Position numbers and translations under genes: made by a program
Assembly: GCF_026210795.1 (NCBI RefSeq)
Contig: NC_089435.1
Coordinates: forward strand, 2,728,001 to 2,792,000
Direction: 5' to 3'
Length of the DNA stretch: 64,000 bases
Origin: Rhizophagus irregularis
Lineage: Eukaryota
Shown: piece after piece, positions 52,454 to 64,000 of the stretch
How the letters are laid out: the number at the start of each line of letters is the position of its first letter
Numbering within the stretch: the stretch's first letter is position 1
Notes under the pieces: model-generated
The model's database searches: none
What the model was told of the DNA's origin: nothing
What the model saw: the letters and a program-made list of their open reading frames with translations, nothing else

Positions 52454-52917
52454 GTGAATTCACTAATTGCCTAAAAATAAGCAATCAAATCATATGCCCT
52501 TATAAAATTTTTTAGTACGAAAAATCACAATAATAAAATACGTTGATAATTTCTAATTATTGTCATTTTATTTTCATTTTATCAATTAGCGATACATTTC
52601 ATCATTTTTCAATAATGTCATCACAACCAAAATATTCATCACATTCCCTATTAGCTTAGTATACTACCATCAATTAAAACATTGTTTCTGAGATATGATG
52701 TCACTAATAGAAATGTTATTAAGAATTTTCATAATTAAATATTGCCCAATTTATCCACAAAATAAAAAAAATAAGCAATCATAACATATGACTTATTGAA
52801 AATCCTGCCAAAATTAAGCAAATAAAGAATATGACGTTAGCAATAAATATCGTTAATTTTAAGTAAATATAACCTGTCAAAACGGCATGTGGCTAAGCAA
52901 ATAATATTGTTCCCTAT

Positions 52918-53091
52918 GGTATCAGGGCATTTCACTGAAGGCTGTTTCGCCGAAACCCATTTTGCCAAAGCCATTCGCCGAAGAATGTTTCGCCGAAGGG
53001 ACGTTTTGCCGAAGAGACGTTTTGCCGAAGAGACGTTTCGCCGAAGCTATTTCGCTGAATAGGTTATTTTGCCGAATGGACATTTGCCGAA
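52918..53091. mobile_element. Solo arm of a Mutator/foldback-like element: tandem 15-16-bp TTT(C/T)GCCGAA units
   Basis: About 10 units, e.g. gacgttttgccgaaga; no inverted partner found in the window. Confidence 0.6.
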
Positions 53092-53955
53092 ACATTATTT
53101 ATTACATTTGTTTATTTTATTGTTTTTTTACACCTATGATTAAGCCACTTTTCATCATCAATTAGCTAATCTTCAAATAAATGTACAGATCCCAAATAAA
53201 CTACAGTATATACAGAGGGCGGCCACTGGGCGGCCAATGTTATACGGACAGTTAAAGATATTTCAGTATCTAGTGATTAAAATTTTATGAATTTATATTC
53301 ATTATATTGATCTCATTGAGAGGATTCGAATGATAATAAAATCGTCTTTGCATGATCAATATTCAGTGTACAATTACGCTTTAAAAGATTTAGACGTTTA
53401 CTATGATATTTTTTGATGCGATAATTGGATTTTCATGATCTTTATCTCATTGTATTCACCTCATCGAGACGATCCAAATGATGTAAATATATATCGATTG
53501 GGTCAATATTGACCGAATTACAATATTTTTATTTTTTTGAATTTTTAACTAATTATTATACTAGTTGTACAAATTAAAAAAATTCTGAAAAGTATGAAGT
53601 GTAAGAGTTTGTTTATTATAACTGTAAGTATAAATTTATATTACATTAACAAGAGGTCATTTTCATGGGGTAGGTGAAAGTTATTGTAAAAAAAAATGAC
53701 CAATTTATAAATATGCAAATTGTTGATCTCCCTTTTATAAATAAGCTTCGTTAAAATAAATAAATTAATAAAATGAATAAACAAATGATGTTTTCTATTT
53801 ATAATGAGTAAATTAAGTATAGAGAAATGACAGATTTCGGTTTATTATAAGTTAAAATAGTAAAATAGTAAAAATTTAAGGGAATTACTAAACGTCGCCT
53901 AGGTGATTGTTGCCTGGGGTTTTTTTTTCAAATATGTCACATGATGTACAATATA

Positions 53956-54141
53956 CAGTTCACCCTCGCTATAGTGAAGCTCATGGGCTGAAGGTTAAGA
54001 TTCACTATAGTAAGGGATTCACTATAGCGAAGGTGAACTGTATTAAGAATTATTATTTATATAGAAAATCCGTACCTGAGCTTTTCTTTACTATAGCAAA
54101 TTATTCACTATATAAAAATTCACTATAGCGAGGGAGAACTG
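53956..54141. mobile_element. pogo/Tc1-mariner-type MITE (186 bp)
   Basis: TIR CAGTTC(a/t)CCCTCGCTATAGTGAA; TA on both flanks; internal TTCACTATAG repeats. Confidence 0.9.
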
Positions 54142-54350
54142 TATAGAGTAAATTTATTGATCGGTTGACAGCTGGTTTTTTTAACTTAGCTAAATTTTTG
54201 ATTGGCTAAACTTAAAATTTTATCGCAAAAGATATTTTTAAAAAAAAAAAATTTTTGCAAACATATTTATTCAAAATAATCTTATCCAATGAAATTTTAT
54301 TTGCAAATATTAAAATTTATTATATAGTTTAATAGTAAATAGTATATTAG

Positions 54351-54459
54351 CCCTATAAAAAAAATTCTGGAAAAAACTCCGGTAAATGATCATTTTTCTA
54401 ATTTTTATTCCGAAGAAACTCAGACACGTGATCATTTTTCCGAAAAATTTTTTATAGGG
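54351..54459. mobile_element. MITE with CCC...GGG termini (109 bp)
   Basis: TIR CCCTATAAAAAA(AA)TT; TAG on both flanks (54348-54350, 54460-54462). Confidence 0.65.
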
Positions 54460-54660
54460 TAGCGTAACCTATTGTAGAATTGGCGGACTCACAAAGTATA
54501 ATTATTATATTACTAGTATACTTTATTAAATGAAAAATTTATTATGAAAGGTGAGTTTAAATAATAAATTTATTAAAATATAAAGAAATAAATGCCAAAA
54601 ATAGATTCAATTACAACTTTCATATCAAATAATGAAACACGAATTTTTATTTTAATTTTC

Positions 54661-57600
54661 TTATTTATTTAAAAGAATATCTATGTGTTCTTTGGCTTTT
54701 TGACATCCATTTTCTATTGCCTTCTTATAACAATAGATTGCATTATCTAAATTTTTTTCTACTCCTTCGCCTTGTTCATATAAAAATGCAAGACTTCTTT
54801 GCGCATCAACATTTCCTCCTATTGCAGCTATTTTATATAATTCAAATGCCCTTACTTTATCTATATCAGCTCCAAATCCTTTCTCATAGCAATATCCTAA
54901 TTTATATTGAGCATCAACAAATCCTTGGTTAGCAGACTTTTTATAGAACTCAAATGTTCTAATACTACATTTCCATACGCCTTTGCCCAATTCATAACAT
55001 TCACCTAATTTATATAATGCAAATTTATTATCATCTTCTGCAGCCTCATGATACCAATGAAAAATTTGATTTAAGTCGTTTAATGTTTCTATATCATTTT
55101 TACCAAAATAATTTTGTACATAATTATCTTCAGTTGCCTTGCTATATGTTTCAAATCCTTTTTCTTTGTTAACTGCAGTTCCAATACCTTTTACGTAACA
55201 ATATCCAAGTTGAAAAATTGCACTTATATATCCAGCATTAGCTGATTTTTTGTAAAATTTAAATGCTTTCACAAAATTTTGTTTAACACCTATTCCAAGT
55301 TCATAAAAACTACCTAAATTATATTGTGCTACTTCATTTCCATTTTCTGCTGCTTTATTACACCAGTAAATAGCTTTCTCTAGATTCTTTTCTATTATCT
55401 CACCATTTAGATACAAAATTACGAGAACATTTTGTGCAGAAATATGTCCTTTTTCAGCAGCTGTTTTATATAATTCAAATGCTTTCGTTTCATTAATTTC
55501 AGTTCCAACTCCAACATTATAATAATATCCAAGTAATAATTGAGCATTTAAATGGCCTTGATCTGCAGCTAATTTACATAATTCGAATGCTTTTGTTTTA
55601 TTAACTTCAGTTCCAATTCCAAAATTATAACAATATCCAAGTTGATAATTAGCATCTAGATGGCCCCTATCAGCAGCTATTTTATATAGTTCGAATGCTT
55701 TTATTTTATTAACTTCGGTTCCGATTCCAAAATTATAACAATTTCCAAGTCGATAATGAGCATCTAGATGGTCTTTTTCAGCAGCTATTTTATATAATTT
55801 ATATGCTTTTGTTTTATTAATTTTAGTTCCAACTCCAACATTATAATAATATCCAAGTAATAATTGAGCATTTAAATGGCCTTGATCTGCAGCTATTTTA
55901 CATAATTCGAATGCTTTTGTTTTATTAACTTCGGTTCCAATTCCAAAATTGTAAAAATATGCAAGTCGATAATGAGCATCTAAATGGCCTTGATTTGCAA
56001 CTATTTTATATGATTCAAATGCTTTTGTTTTATCAACTTCAGTTCCAATTCCAAAATCATAACAATTTCCAAGTTGATAGTGAGCATTTTGTTGGCCTTC
56101 ATTTGCAGCAATTTTATATAATACAAATGCTTTTATTTTATCAAATTCAGTTCCAATTTCAAAATTATAACAATATTTAAGTCGGTTATAAGCATCTAAA
56201 TGACCGTTTTCAGCAGCTATTTTATATAGTCCAAATGCTTTTGTTTTATTAATTTCAGTTCCAATTCCAAAATCATAACAATTTCCAAGCCGGTAATGAG
56301 CATTTAAATGCCCTTTTTCAACAACTATTTTATATAATTCATATGCTTTTGTTCCATTAATTTCAGTTCCAATTCCAAAATCATAACAAGATCCAAGCAA
56401 ATATTGTGCATCTAAGTGGCCTTTATTTGCAGCTATTTTATATAATTTGAATGCTTTTGCTTCATCAGCTTCAGTTCCAATTCCATAATTGTAACAATAT
56501 CCAAGTTGGTATTGAGCATCTAAATGGTCTTTTTTAGCAGCTATTTTATATAATTTAAATGCTTTTGTTTTATTAATTTCAGTTCCAATTCCAAAATTAT
56601 AACAATATCCAAGTTGATAATAAGCATCTAAATGGCCTTTCTCAGCAGCCAATTTGTATAATTCAATTGCTTTTACTCCATTAAGTTCAGTTCCAATTCC
56701 AAAATCATAACAAGATCCAAGTCGGTATTGAGCATTTAAATGGCCTTTATCTGCAGCCATTTTATATAATTCAAATGCCTTTGTTTCATCAATTTCAGTT
56801 CCAATTCCAAAATTGTAGCAATATCCAAGTTGATATTGAGCATCCAAATGGTCTTTTTCAGCAGCTATTTTATATAATTCAAATGCTTTTATTTTGTTAA
56901 CCTCTGTTCCAATTCCAAAATCATAACAATATCCAAGTTGATATTGAGCATCTAAGTGATCTTTTCTTGCAGCAATTTTATATAATTCATATGCTTTTGT
57001 TTTATCAACTTCAGTTCCGATTCCAAGATTGTAGCAATGTCCAAGTTGATATTGAGCATTTAAATGATATTCTTTTGCAGCTATTTTATATAATTCAAAT
57101 GCTTTTGTTTTATCAACTTCAATTCCAATTCCATAATTGTAGCAATATCCAAGTTGATATTGTGCATCTAAGTGGCCTTTATCTGCAGCTGTTTTATATA
57201 AATTTAATGCTTTTATTTCATCAATTTCAGTTCCAATTCCATAATTGTAACAATACCCAAGTTGATATTGAGCATCCAAATTGTCTTTTTTAGCAGCTAT
57301 TTTATATAATTCAAATGCTTTTGTTTCATCAACTTCAATTCCAATTCCAAAATTATAACAATATTTAAGTCGATTATAAGCATCTAAATGGCCTTTTTCA
57401 GCAGCTATTTCATATAGTTCAAATGCTTTTGTTTTATTAATTTCAGTTCCAATCCCAAAATCATAACAATTTCCAAGTCGATAATAAGCATCTAAATGGT
57501 CTTTTTTAGCAACTATTTTATATAATTCAATTGCTTTTGTCCCATTAAGTTCAGTTCCAATTCCAAACTCATAACAATTTCCAAGTCGATAATGAGCATC

Positions 57601-60600
57601 TAAATGGTCTTTATCTGCAGCTATTTTATATAATTCATAAGCTTTTGTTTCATCAACTTCAGTTCCGATTCCAAAATTATAACAATATCCAAGTTGATAT
57701 TGAGCATCTAAATGATCTTTTTCAGCAGCTGCTTTATATAATTCAAATGCTTTTATTTTGTTAACCTCAGTTCCAATTCCAAAATCGTAACAATATCCAA
57801 GTTGATATTGTGCATTTAAGTGATCTTTTTTCGCAGCAATTTTATATAATTCATATGCTTTTGTTTTATCAATTTCAGTTCCAATTCCATAATTGTAGCA
57901 ATATCCAAGTTGATATTGCGCATTTGAATGATCTTTTTTTGCAGCAATTTTATATAATTCATATGCTTTTGTTTTATCAATTTCAGTTCCAATTCCATAA
58001 TTGTAACAATATCCAAGTTGATATTGTGCATCTAAATGGCCTTTTTCTGTAGCTATTTTGTATGATTTAAATGCTTTTGTTTTATTAATTTCAGTTCCAA
58101 TTCCAAAATTATAACAATTTCCAAGTTGATATTGTGCATCTAAATGGCCTTTTTTTGCAGCAATTTTATATAATTCAAATGCTTTTGTTTTATCAACCTC
58201 AGTTCCAATTCCAAAATCGTAACAATATCCAAGTTGGTATTGAGCATCTAAATGATTTTTTTCAGCAGCTATTTTATATAATTCAAATGCTTTTGGTTCA
58301 TCAGTTTCAGTTCCAATTCCAAAATTATAACAATATCCAAGTTGATATTGAGCATCTAAATGATCCTTTCTTGCAGCAATTTTATACAATTCATATGCTT
58401 TTGTTTCATCAGATTCAGTACCAATTCCAAAATTGTAGCAATATCCAAGTTGATATTGAGCATTTAAATGGTCTTTTTCAGCTGCTATTCTATATAATTC
58501 AAATGATTTTGTTTTATCAACTTCAGTTCCAATTCCAAAATTGTAACAATATCCAAGTTGATATTGAGCATCTAAGTGGTCTTTTTCTGCAGCTATCTTA
58601 TATAATTTATATGCTTTTGTCTCATTAATTTTAGTTCCAATTCCATAATTGTAACAATATCCAAGTTGATATTGAGCATCTAAATGATCTTTTTTTGCAG
58701 CAATTTTATATAATTCATATGCTTTTGTTTTATCAACTTCAGTTCCAATTCCATAATTGTAACAATATCCAAGTTGATATTGGGCATTTAAATAACCTTT
58801 TTCAGCAACTATTTTATATAACTCAAATGCTTTTGCTTCATCAACCTCAGTTCCAATTCCAAAATTATAACAGTATCCAAGTTGATATTGACCGTCTAAT
58901 TGGTCTTTATCTGCAGCTATTTTATATAATTCAAATGCCTTTGTTTTATTAATTTCAGTTCCAACTCCAAAATCATAACAATATCCAAGTTGATATTGAG
59001 CATCTAAATGGCCTTTTTTTGCAGCTATTTTATATAGTTCAATTGCTTTTGTTATATCAACTTCAGTTCCAATTCCAAAATTATAACAATATCCAAGTTG
59101 ATATTGAGCATCTAAATGATCTTTTTCAGCAGCTATTTTATATAATTCAAAAGCTTTTTCTTCATCAACTTCAGTTCCAATTCCAAAATTGTAGCAATAT
59201 CCAAGTTGATATTGACCATCTAAATGATCTTTTCGTGCAACAATTTTATATAATTCAAATGCTTTTGTTTTATCAACTTCAGTTCCAATTCCAAAATTAT
59301 AACAATATCCAAGTTGATATTGAGCATCTAAATGATCCTTTCTTGCAGCAATTTTATAAAATTCAAATGCTTTTGTTTCATTAGCTTCAGTTCCAATTCC
59401 GAAATTATAACAATATCCAAGTTTATATTGTGCATCTAAAAATCCTTGCTCAGCCGATTTTTGATATAATATAAAAGCTTTTCTATTATTTTTTTTCACA
59501 CCTTTACCATCTTCATAACAACTACCGAGATCATATTGTGCAATTTTATAACCACTTTCTGCTGCCTTTTGGAAATAATAAAATGCTTTTTTATAATTTT
59601 GCTTTGTTCCAGTACCATTGTAATTATTAACTCCAATTCGTCTTAATCCCTCAAAATATATTGTTTTATGAATTTTAATTTCTATATTTTTGTTTTTTTT
59701 GACACTAGTTCTCTTATAATTTTGTTCAAGAATGCACTTTGCAATAATACTTCCATTATTTGCTGCCTTTTCATACCAATTGAAAGCTTGATCTTTATCA
59801 ATTTCTGTTCCAACTCCATAATAATAACAATTTCCAAGCTGATATTGAGCATCTGTGATTTCATTTTCCGCTAATATTTGATAATATTTAAATGCTTTAG
59901 ATTCATTTTTTTCTATTCCTTTTCCTAATCTGTAACAATTTACAAGATAAAGTTTTGCAGTTGTATTTCCATTATTGGTCGCTTTTTTATACCATTCAAT
60001 ATATCCATTATCATTAGTATTTTTAATTCCAATATTAAATTCATAGCAATATCCTAAATAAAATTGTCCAACAATACTTTTATTTTCTACAGCCCTTTGA
60101 TACCATTTAAATGATAAATTTTTATTCTCTTCAGTTCCATATCCATCATTATAACATTTGGCAAGATAAATTTGTGCTATTGAGTAGTTATTTTCTGCTG
60201 CTTCTGAAAATAACTCAAATGCTTTATTGTCATCTTCTTCTACTCCAATACCATAATAATAAAATAATCCAAAAAGCCAAATATAATCTGCTTTATCTTG
60301 ATTATTTATAAGCCAATTAATAAGATCATTTATTATAATTTGATTAGATTGTAATGTTATTTGATCAATTAATTGTTGAATTTGATCAAAAGTATAACCC
60401 TTATCATGCTTTTTAATAATAAATGTAATTAATTTATCAACGAATGAATCGTTAACAATATCAAATCTTGAATCAGATGAATCCTTTGATAAATTCGTCT
60501 GAATTGATGTGCTAGATTGATTGCTATTAAGATTCATTATCTGCGCTGATTGAATAGATGCCTGATCTTGTAAACTGCCAATATCATTTAGTATTTTATC

Positions 60601-61970
60601 TGAAAAATAATTTATATCCAAATCATCATTCATATCTGAATTATCACTTATATTTGAATCGTCGTTCATATCTTGATCATCATTCTTATTTGAATCATCT
60701 TTTACATTTGAATCACTATTTATATCTAAAGTTCCTTGTAGTTGATTATGACTTTTATTTTTAAGACATTGATCAGGAAAAATGATTGATTTAAGAACTA
60801 AAACAACTTCTTGCATAATAGGACGCTCGTCTGGTTCATATTTCCAGCATTCTAATTTTTAAAATAAGTTAATAACATAAATAATTTCTCTTTTCAAATA
60901 AATGAATTAATATTATGAATATTTTGTTACCTGTATATAAATTACTATATTCAATGGAAGTATTATCAATAATTTCTTCTCGTTTATCATTTACTATAGA
61001 TAAGGATAAACTCACGTCATACTTATGATCAGAAAATGGTTGTTTTCCGCTTGAAATTTGCCACAATAAAACTCCAATACTATATACATCAGATTTTTTG
61101 TTCAATTCATAACCTTGATCATTCAACTTTTTTGGGTCAATAAAAGGTATTACACCGAATATTTTTGATGCATTACTTGACGCCTTAGCAATTTTCCTTG
61201 ATAATCCAAAGTCTGCTAACTTTATCTTTTTTTGATGTATAAGTACATTATCAGCATGCTATATCACGAAAAAAAAAAATTCAGCGCATTTCATAAAAAT
61301 TCAGATATGATTAAAAAAGTAGATTATTACCAAATCACGATGAATAATATCACGCTCATGTAAAAAAGCTACTGCACTTGCTAGCTGAAGTGATAATTGA
61401 TATTTGTCGTTCCAATCGAGTTCATTAAAATGCAAATTTAAGTAAATATTTAGTGTACCGCTATCTGCATATTCCAAAACTAATGAATATTTTTTTTCTG
61501 AATGCAACATAAAGAAAAATATAATTAAATAAATATCATACTTGAAATACATAATATATGTTAATATTAATATTACTTTACCAGTTTCTATCTTTGTGAT
61601 ACCATAAAATCGTAAAATATTTTCATTAGCAATCGATTCTTTATGTAATTTTATCTAAAAAAGAATTTTATAAATTAACATTTAATAAAATTAAATTTAA
61701 TATATTATACTATTATAAATTACATACCTCATTAACAATTTCTTTAAGCGTTATTTTATCATTATTGAAAGTTTTTAATGCGAAAATTCCATCGGTATTT
61801 TTCCAATTAGCACGAAAGACTCTTCCATATGAACCACTTCCTAACGGGTTTAAATTTTTAAATTCTAAATAATTGTAATAGTTGATGTATTCATCGTTAA
61901 TTGATTTTTCTAACCAATCAATATAAATATTTGATTCTTTAAGGTCAGTTTTTTTCGCTTCTTTCGACAT
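54661..61970 (-). CDS. TKL protein kinase fused to ~50 Sel1-like repeats (~2333 aa); exons 61970-61728, 61654-61582, 61497-61331, 61258-60931, 60851-54661
   Basis: GT-AG splicing gives 7002 nt in frame; [49 protein letters not shown] kinase motifs; then 36-aa [28 protein letters not shown]el1 units. Confidence 0.95.
55450..59445 (-). repeat. Coding tandem array, 37 x 108 bp (Sel1 repeats)
   Basis: 37 units counted in the translation; the span is exactly 3996 bp = 37 x 108, so no net indels. Confidence 0.95.
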
Positions 61971-62632
61971 TCTTACATTCGTGATAATAATTTTCATTAG
62001 TTTTTTTCTTTTAAGCACAAATAAAATGAATGTGTGATCGTCTTGTACTACTCTAGAATATTCCATGTCAACAAATACAAATGTGGGTACGTTACTCATT
62101 TATATAAGTCACGTGACTTACATAGCGCTGTTTGTTTGTTGTTTACTAGTTACCGTTACAACAAAATTAATACTCTTTTCTTTTTTTCTTTTTTCCATTT
62201 TAAAAATATCCTTAAGATCATCAGGAAATTTTTTTAGGTGTAACCATGCGACGGGCGTAAATTTGTGTAAATATGCGGAAGCTTGTGTAAGTTTTTGTAA
62301 ATTTCTTATGAAAATTTATGTGAACTTGTATGAACTTTACACCCCATCACGAATTCTTACATCTAAGATAATTTTCGGAAGACATTTATCAAATGATAAA
62401 GAAATTAAATATCCTTAAAGAACTTATAAAATCTATAAAAAACGCGTTTATTGTAGACCAAAATAATTTACAGTTCAATAACAATATCTATATTATCGTA
62501 CGGCTAATGCAGATTATGCTCAAACAAACTATCAATATTCGATATTGTACGCAAATAAACTATCGATATTCAATATTGTACGCAAATAAACTATAATGAA
62601 AATATCGGTCAAATAAAATCAGCATTATCCCC

Positions 62633-63679
62633 ATAATGGTGTAGTTATCCGAAAAATTCAGCCGAAGGCGCAGTAAATTTTCGGCTAACAACACCCAGCC
62701 GAAAAAAATTCATGTTGATCTTGAATATTTTTTGAATATTTTATTGGTTCAACATCTACTATTTTCGGCTAGATATTTACGGCTAACTACATTATTATTT
62801 TAAAGAAGTGTAGTTAGCCGTAAATATCAAATGTAACACAATAGTTTAAGTGGTAACAAGTAATGAAAATTGATTGTTCATATTACAATATTTACCATTA
62901 TTATTTAATGGTAAATATTATGTAATATTGTTTGGTGTAAAATTGTTTCTTAAAATGTTTAATTTTAATATTTGCTTGTAAATAATTTTTTAAATTCTTT
63001 GGTTTTCTTTTTAAAAAATTAAATACCAGTTTTTATTTTTTTTGATCGATTTGAATTAGTTCTAACAATTCTAATGATCTGCATGGTTAATTATAGGTAT
63101 GGGAAATTATATTATAGACGCGGAAAATTATATTATAGACGCAGTAAATTATATTATAAACATGGAAAATATTCAATAAAATGGATTTAAATATAATCAA
63201 AGATAATTTTTTTTAATAAACTTTTTTTCTTTGTTATCAAATTTGCTAAATTTACTGAAATTCTTCACTTAATTATGGATTCTATTTCCACTAAACAACT
63301 TTTAACTAAAACTAGAAAAAAATTACCAAGTTTAAGTGAGATAATGTCTTATGGACAAAAACATAAAAAAATTCAGTGATCTTTCATATGTAGATGTTTA
63401 TATATCTGAGGATATAGTTATAGATGAAGGTGCATGTTTATTATTACCAGATGAATTTAATGGTTATATACAACTGCGCTTCTGATATTTCGGCTAACTA
63501 CACTATTATTTAAAAAAAGTGTAGTTAGACGAAAATATTCAGCCGAAAATAGTAGATGTTGAACCAATAAAATATTCAATAAAATATTCTAGATCAACAT
63601 GAATTTTTTTCGGCTGGGTGTTGTTAGCCGAAAATTTACTGCGTCTTCGGCTGAATTTTTCGGCTAACTACACCATTAT
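62633..63679. mobile_element. Non-autonomous Mutator-like element (1047 bp) with ~195-bp TIRs
   Basis: TIR ATAATGGTGTAGTTA(t/g)CCGAAAAATTCAGCCGAAG...; 9-bp TSD attatcccc (62624-62632) vs atgatcccc (63680-63688), 1 mismatch. Confidence 0.88.
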
Positions 63680-64000
63680 ATGATCCCCTAGCGATAATAT
63701 TAATTTTAACACTTCAGTTTAATGAAACAATGCTTTGGTGACTAATAAGAGTCATTTAACAAGTATGAAACACATGTTAATTTTTATTAATATTGTTATT
63801 TTTTATTTTTTATTTTTTAATGAATTTCACTTATCATGATACATTATTTTTTAATTTCCGAGTGGAACCACTCAAACATTAATCTTTATTAAAAAACTTT
63901 AATTTTCATAACAATATGATACTTTTATATACTGTAAATTACTATTGTTTTCACCTTTTAATATTGGAGAATGTTGTTGATGTACAGACTACAGATCACA

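Noticed and set aside
52918..53091. Short regularly spaced repeats resembling a CRISPR array
   Set aside because: Units are 15-16 bp and contiguous with no unique spacers, there are no cas genes, and the context is eukaryotic; fits a TE subterminal repeat
54717..60764. Many plus-strand and alternate-frame ORFs (QFQFQN..., etc.)
   Set aside because: Antisense or off-frame shadows of the periodic Sel1 coding sequence
61971..62099. N-terminal extension of kinase exon 1 in the ORF track
   Set aside because: Non-ATG start and UTR-like sequence; ATG at 61970 (MSKEAKK) chosen, although an in-frame ATG at ~61997 cannot be excluded

Overview
Very AT-rich, intron-rich eukaryotic DNA. The gene families present point to an arbuscular mycorrhizal fungus (Glomeromycotina, Rhizophagus-like); this is inferred, not from a database. 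Apparently intact genes: an intronless MYND zinc-finger protein (9.9-11.7 kb), an 11-exon HAD-IIA hydrolase missed by the ORF track (15.8-17.7 kb), a hypothetical membrane protein, two 4-exon tyrosine-kinase-like (TKL) kinases (27.4-31.9 kb), two intronless F-box/LRR genes, and a 5-exon, ~2333-aa kinase-Sel1 gene containing 37 indel-free 108-bp repeats. Pseudogenes: three more copies of the TKL kinase, a Crinkler (CRN) gene that appears nested inside one of them, and a frameshifted small secreted protein. Intergenic DNA carries many non-autonomous DNA transposons (hAT-, PIF/Harbinger-, pogo/Tc1- and Mutator-like, plus CCC...GGG types), several with clear TIRs and TSDs. The main signals are (1) a homogenised Sel1 array with variation concentrated at a few helix-A positions, fused to a kinase, and (2) a birth-and-death kinase cluster with near-identical scaffolds and discrete hypervariable patches. 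Both resemble rapidly diversifying recognition systems. No rRNA, tRNA or CRISPR array was recognised.
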